Source of the DNA: a virus
Taxonomy: Duplodnaviria; Caudoviricetes
Reading direction: 5' to 3' (one strand)
Length of the DNA: 61,273 nt
IMG/VR virus record: IMGVR_UViG_3300033145_000471
Location: 1 to 61,273 of that record
The first letter of the stretch is position 1; every line of letters starts with the position of its first letter. Positions 56,324 through 61,273 of the stretch are shown here, piece by piece. The position numbers and the translations under genes were made by a program. The notes below the pieces were generated by a model. The model had not been told where the DNA came from, ran no database searches, and worked only from the letters and a program-made list of their open reading frames with translations.

Positions 56324-56991
56324 AAATAGCAGTTTTCATGTCTCTCGACACCGAAAGCAAAGCATACGCTATCAAAATATCCCGGTATTTATGCGATTGC
56401 CCGGGCATAGAAATCATAGGGCAACATACTTACGCACCCTACACTGCCGAACTGCAATCATACCATTACGACATCGGCGTCTCGGTCGGTTATAACCACA
56501 TTTTCAAGCCCGAGCACATTGCCCTGTTCCCGCACGGCATTATCAACCTGCACCCGTCACTTTTGCCGTATAACCGGGGTGCAATGCCGAACGTATGGAG
56601 CATCGTAGATGGCACACCGGCGGGCGCGACGCTGCATTACATTGACGAGGGAATCGATACTGGCGACATCATCGCACAACGGCACGTGCCTGTCGAGAGT
56701 ACCGATACAGGCGAAACGCTCTATCACAAATGCATGGCGGCGGGCGTGGAGTTGTTCAAGGAAACATGGCCGAAAATCATGGCGGGGAAGAACAGGAGGG
56801 TGAAGCAACCTGTTAGCCAACCCGCGCACAGAGCCAAAGACATCAATGATCTTGATGAAATTTCAAAGGGGCTGTTAATGAATATTCTCCGCGCCCGCAC
56901 ATTCCCGCCGCATGAATCGGCCTATTTTATCGACGACAACGGGCAAAAGGTGTTTGTCGAAGTCAAGCTGAGGAACGCCGATGAAAGATAA
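56317..56991 (+). CDS. Sugar N-formyltransferase (Fmt-like) 1
   Basis: INLHPSLLP.NRG, HYIDEGIDTGDII. Confidence 0.88.
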   Translation: MVKIAVFMSLDTESKAYAIKISRYLCDCPGIEIIGQHTYAPYTAELQSYHYDIGVSVGYNHIFKPEHIALFPHGIINLHPSLLPYNRGAMPNVWSIVDGTPAGATLHYIDEGIDTGDIIAQRHVPVESTDTGETLYHKCMAAGVELFKETWPKIMAGKNRRVKQPVSQPAHRAKDINDLDEISKGLLMNILRARTFPPHESAYFIDDNGQKVFVEVKLRNADER

Positions 56992-57661
56992 CACGTACAT
57001 CGTCTGCGGGTGTAAGCCGTGGTGCAGGAAAGTATTCCGGGATATGATAAGCGGCTTTTCAGGTAAGTGGTGGTATTGCGCCGATAAAACGAGCCTGGAA
57101 ATAGTATTAACCGACACGAAACCCCGCTATATCTTCTTCCTGCACTGGAACTGGAAAGTACCGCCCGAGATCACCGACAACTACGAATGCATCAATTTCC
57201 ACATGACCAGCCTACCATACGGTCGCGGCGGGTCACCGTTGCAGAACCTGATAGTGGGGATGGTGTATGCAACAGAGGTCACAGCCCATCGCATGACGCA
57301 GGAGATTGACGGCGGGCACATACTGTCTCAGCGCCCAATGCTCTTGCATGGAACCGCCGAGGAAATGTATCTCCAAGCCAACTATTTGATGGCGGCCATG
57401 ATTGACGAAATTATTCACGGGAAGTTCATCGAAAGGCCGCAAGCCGGTAAACCGGTCTATTTCAATCGCCGCACGCCCGAACAGTCTGAACTGCCCGAAA
57501 ATATGACGCTCCCCAGGGCATACGATTACATCCGCATGTTGGATGCCGAGACGTACCCGAAAGCGTTCATCCAGCTTGGCAACCTGCGGCTGGAGTTCAG
57601 CCACGCCTGCCGGTACACGGACAGGGTCGAGGCGCATGTGACAATTACGGAGAAACCATGA
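56981..57661 (+). CDS. Sugar N-formyltransferase (Fmt-like) 2
   Basis: FHMT.LPYGRGGSPLQNLI, D.G.I, IRMLDAE.YP.AF. Confidence 0.85.
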   Translation: MKDNTYIVCGCKPWCRKVFRDMISGFSGKWWYCADKTSLEIVLTDTKPRYIFFLHWNWKVPPEITDNYECINFHMTSLPYGRGGSPLQNLIVGMVYATEVTAHRMTQEIDGGHILSQRPMLLHGTAEEMYLQANYLMAAMIDEIIHGKFIERPQAGKPVYFNRRTPEQSELPENMTLPRAYDYIRMLDAETYPKAFIQLGNLRLEFSHACRYTDRVEAHVTITEKP

Positions 57662-58248
57662 CACGCCAAGAGAAAATCAACAGGATGCTCATGCTGAAAT
57701 TCGAGCACTCATACCGCGTCGCGCAGAACTGCAGGGCCATTGCGGAGAGCATCGGTCTGTCGCAAGAGGATATTATGCGGCTGATGTGTGCCGGGTACTT
57801 TCACGACATCGGGTATTATGACCTGATAAGACACGGCAATTACAGGAACCCAAGACACGCAGAACACGGGGCATGGATAATATACTCAGGGGGAATAGGG
57901 GGCGTAATAAACAGAGGCGAATATGGGACATTACACGCTGTCAGATACCACAATGTCAGTAAGCAGAAATTCGAGAGGTGCCGCACAGAATACCTCGCCA
58001 TTCTCCGCGACGCCGACAAACTCGACGTATTCCGTATCACAAAGCAGCTTATCGACGACGGGCGGATAGAGGAACACTGCCGGGAAATGTTTGACACGAC
58101 CCCGGAAGACTACTGCCGCGATCTGCTGTCATGGCTCGATGATATAAACTACGATTACACGAGGCGGGAAATCGAAGAAATGAATGTCATATCGAAACTG
58201 GAGGGGGTAGCGAATGAAGGTCTTGGTAGTAGCGGCACACCCCGATGA
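57658..58248 (+). CDS. HD-domain phosphohydrolase
   Basis: HS.RV, FHDIG, HAEHG, YHN, RDADKLD. Confidence 0.85.
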   Translation: MTRQEKINRMLMLKFEHSYRVAQNCRAIAESIGLSQEDIMRLMCAGYFHDIGYYDLIRHGNYRNPRHAEHGAWIIYSGGIGGVINRGEYGTLHAVRYHNVSKQKFERCRTEYLAILRDADKLDVFRITKQLIDDGRIEEHCREMFDTTPEDYCRDLLSWLDDINYDYTRREIEEMNVISKLEGVANEGLGSSGTPR

Positions 58249-58891
58249 CGAAGTTCTCGGCTGCGGCGGCACAATGGCAAAACACGCCGCCCAGGGCGAT
58301 GAAGTCTACGTGGTGCTCATGAGCGAAGCCCTTACCGCCCGGAACGTGCCGGACAATCCCGAATATCTGCACAATCTTCGCCGCAACATGCAACGGGCGC
58401 GGGATGGTGCGCACAAAGCGCTTGGCGTCACTTCGACGAAACAGCACGTATTCCGCGGCAACAGATTTGACGGCGAGAACCTGCTGGACATCGTGAAAAC
58501 AATTGAATCGGATATTGAAAATATACAGCCGGAGGTTGTCTACATGCATCATCGCGACGACCTGAATATCGACCACAGAATAACGTTTCAGGCGGTGCTG
58601 ACGGCTACCCGGCCGATGCAGGGAACATCGGTAAAACGGTTGCTGTCTTTCTATGTGCCGTCATCGACCGAATGGGCATTCAACGGGACGTTCAAGCCGA
58701 ACGTATTTGAGGACATCACATCGGTATGGAACAGTTATTGGGGCAGCCTGCAATACTATGCCGCGGAAATGAGGCAGTCGCCACATCCACGATCTTACAA
58801 AGGGGTATCGGCGCTGAAAACACTGTGGGGCGAAACGATAGGTTGCGAGAAAGCCGAAGCGTTTGAGCTGGTATGGGAACGACGGCTCTGA
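58214..58891 (+). CDS. PIG-L/LmbE-family N-deacetylase
   Basis: AAHPDDEVLGCGG, D...DH, PHPRS, AEAF. Confidence 0.9.
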   Translation: MKVLVVAAHPDDEVLGCGGTMAKHAAQGDEVYVVLMSEALTARNVPDNPEYLHNLRRNMQRARDGAHKALGVTSTKQHVFRGNRFDGENLLDIVKTIESDIENIQPEVVYMHHRDDLNIDHRITFQAVLTATRPMQGTSVKRLLSFYVPSSTEWAFNGTFKPNVFEDITSVWNSYWGSLQYYAAEMRQSPHPRSYKGVSALKTLWGETIGCEKAEAFELVWERRL

Positions 58892-58926
58892 ATCAAAACG
58901 AAAAACTCACTTACGGAGACATAACA

Positions 58927-59934
58927 ATGCTTAAAGAAATCACCATAGATGGCCGCAAGATCGGCGACGGACACCCGATATACGTCATAGCCGAAATGTC
59001 GGCGAATCACAACCGGGAATTCAACACCGCCGCCCAGATAATAAAAGAGGCGAAAAAAGCCGGTGCGGATGCGGTCAAGCTCCAGACCTACACGCCGGAT
59101 ACCATGACCCTGAACTGCAACCGCGACGAATACCGTATCAAGAGCGGATTGTGGGCTGGACAGACATTGTACGAGCTGTACAAGAGCGCCTACATGCACT
59201 GGGAATGGCAGCCGGAACTGAAACGGATCGCCGACGATGAAGGTATCACCCTGTTCTCCACGCCATTTGACGTGACCGCCGTGGACTTCCTCGAAGAAAT
59301 GGACGTGCCCGCATACAAGGTGGCGTCATTCGAAGCCGCCGACATGGTGCTGATAAAGCGCATTATCGAGACGGGCAAGCCCGTGATTATATCGACTGGC
59401 ATGGTGAGTTTTGAAGAGCTGAGCGGCATCATATTGCCGGAATTTCCATATGATTATCCCGTGGCACTGCTCCACTGCGTCAGCGAATATCCGGCGAAAG
59501 ACGACTTTTTCTATTTGCCGATGGTGCTGAAAAAACTATATGGCCTGCCGACGGGCGTTTCGGATCACACGATAGCCGGGTGCAATATGTACGGCCTCTG
59601 CGAAATGGACATGCATATTTGGGAGCGCCACGTTTGTCTGGAAAAGGACAAGGCACATGTGCCGGACGGGGCATTCTCGTCTGATATGGGACAGCTTAAA
59701 AAGCGTATTCAAGAACTTCGAGGCCACGAAACACCCCGATCCTCAATCCAATTTGCCCGCTCGATCATCGCCACTGCCGACATCAAAAAGGGCGAACCGT
59801 TCACGACAGAGAACGTGAGGGCGCTTCGTCCCGGCTACGGACTGGAGCCATATAGAATGCCCGGTGTGCTGAGAAGCGTGGCGGCGACAGACATTGAACG
59901 GGGAACGCCGATAACATGGGGGGTGCTGGAATGA
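58927..59934 (+). CDS. pseI: Pseudaminic acid synthase (NeuB family with SAF domain)
   Basis: IAEMSANHN, GADAVKLQTY.PDTMT, FSTPFD, YKVASFE, SDHT, RPGYGL. Confidence 0.88.
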   Translation: MLKEITIDGRKIGDGHPIYVIAEMSANHNREFNTAAQIIKEAKKAGADAVKLQTYTPDTMTLNCNRDEYRIKSGLWAGQTLYELYKSAYMHWEWQPELKRIADDEGITLFSTPFDVTAVDFLEEMDVPAYKVASFEAADMVLIKRIIETGKPVIISTGMVSFEELSGIILPEFPYDYPVALLHCVSEYPAKDDFFYLPMVLKKLYGLPTGVSDHTIAGCNMYGLCEMDMHIWERHVCLEKDKAHVPDGAFSSDMGQLKKRIQELRGHETPRSSIQFARSIIATADIKKGEPFTTENVRALRPGYGLEPYRMPGVLRSVAATDIERGTPITWGVLE

Positions 59935-60021
59935 ATATACTCTGTCTTTTTGGATTCCATGATTGGGAGACAACCGAAGCAAAAACATTAGTCGATCTAA
60001 TATTAGAAAAGGTGGCCAATA

Positions 60022-60321
60022 ATGCCAAAGGGAACTACGGCCGCATTTGAGTTCGACTTCGGCAAAGCCGCTGATATGCTGATCTATTTGCGCCTCAAAA
60101 AGGTGGTGTCGGACGCCCTTGTTTCCTGCGGCATCGATCCCGACAGCTACGATCTGAACAAACTGCTTTCCTTCACCCAGGCCCGGAACATCGCTATTCG
60201 GGAAGAATACAACCGCTCCCGCCAGAAAGGCATTAAAGCCGAACGCCTCCATGTTGACCTTGCCGTGAAATATGACCTTGATTACACCTACATAAAGCGC
60301 ATTATTTACGAAAATCTGTAA
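60022..60321 (+). CDS. Mor/C-family-like late transcription activator
   Basis: RN..IREEY...LA.KY.L....I.RII; last early gene before the late operon. Confidence 0.6.
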   Translation: MPKGTTAAFEFDFGKAADMLIYLRLKKVVSDALVSCGIDPDSYDLNKLLSFTQARNIAIREEYNRSRQKGIKAERLHVDLAVKYDLDYTYIKRIIYENL

Positions 60322-60620
60322 ATTCACACAATATTGGGTAAGTAAAAACAGCTATCCCCCATGTTATATTATAGTGAAGTGGGGATAGTTTGTTATGTTT
60401 ATCAATACAACCGAAATAGATAACGAACCCGCAGAGGGAGAAGCATTTGAACAGCCTAAGCCAAGTGGAACAGCCATCACCGAAAGATACTACTCCACAT
60501 ATTCACGTGGCGGCGATTGGACATCGCTTGGCAACGGGAACTACATGCGGGCCTGTCATAGAACGGACTGAATAAGGGGCGGTCACTGCGGCACCATCGC
60601 ACACCGCTTAAACTGTATAT

Positions 60621-60968
60621 ATGCCCACACTGCCAAAGCACATGTGTAAGACACCCGGCTGCCCCAAGCTCGTAGAGGCCGGGAAGTCATGTTGTGAGGA
60701 GCACACAAGGCAGCAAACACGGCAGTACGACAGGCAGCGCGGCACGGCGAACCAGCGGGGCTACAACGCGAATTGGCGCAAGGTGCGGAAGATGAAGCTG
60801 GCAAGCGATCCGCTCTGCGAACGATGCAAGGCGGACGGCAGGCTTATACCAGCGACGCTCGTACACCACAAGGACAGGGATCCACGGAACAATAGCGACG
60901 AGAACCTGATGAGCCTGTGTAATGAGTGCCACGAGACAATCCACAGAGACGAAGGAGAGCGGTGGTGA
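60621..60968 (+). CDS. cos-associated HNH endonuclease (HK97 gp74-like)
   Basis: C..PGCP, RGY...W, PLCE.C, VHH, NL.SLC..CH. Confidence 0.88.
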   Translation: MPTLPKHMCKTPGCPKLVEAGKSCCEEHTRQQTRQYDRQRGTANQRGYNANWRKVRKMKLASDPLCERCKADGRLIPATLVHHKDRDPRNNSDENLMSLCNECHETIHRDEGERW

Positions 60969-61273
60969 AGCCCCATATAGTATATACTAGTAATACAGGT
61001 AGTATAAAAAGAATAGTTATAACTACGGAGTATGTACTATCTGCAAAGGGGAGCATTGTGAAACGCTATGTCACCGCAATACTGCTTACCGTGACATTGC
61101 TGTCCTTCCTAGTTGTGACATTTCCGGTCTATGCGGACTGTGTCGGCTGGCAGGCGCCGCCGCACATCCTCGATATCGTCATTGCTATTGGTGCCATGCG
61201 TGTCTTATTTGCTATACTCTTACCTTGCAAAGGGGAAGGGGATCAAAATCCCTAGAAGCCTTTGTTTGTAAAC

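Noticed and set aside
56317-57661. Methionyl-tRNA formyltransferases acting in translation
   Set aside because: Both are short and embedded in a nucleotide-sugar cluster; sugar N-formyltransferase is more parsimonious

Overview
This window appears to be a near-complete ~61 kb temperate siphovirus genome in excised, attP-intact form, opened near the cos region. Gene order: HNH, terS/terL, HK97-type portal (fused to a gpF-like domain), Com-like zinc finger, protease, capsid and accessory head proteins, neck, tail and large tail-tip proteins, lysis genes, a small accessory block, attP (3' half of tRNA-Leu-UAA), tyrosine integrase, cI/cro/cII immunity region, recombination, replication and methylase genes, a pseudaminic-acid-like (pseB/pseC/pseF/pseI) cluster, a Mor-like activator and a cos-associated HNH. 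Two candidate undescribed systems stand out. (1) A 16-nt covarying RNA hairpin occurs 7 times. It forms tandem pairs overlapping two late-operon terminators (one directly after the com-like gene), and it also sits in each unit of a three-unit ~128-nt cloverleaf array between cI and cro that has its own leftward promoter. This suggests Com-dependent antitermination plus an RNA decoy/immunity array. (2) A phage-encoded formylated nonulosonate pathway plus a GT42/Maf-like transferase placed among Ser/Thr-rich head genes suggests virion glycosylation. There are also three odd tRNA-derived RNAs: a ~175-nt mini-tmRNA, an Arg-bodied tRNA with a Ser anticodon, and a tRNA shell with a ~100-nt insert. 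All protein calls come from motif recognition by eye; no searches were run.
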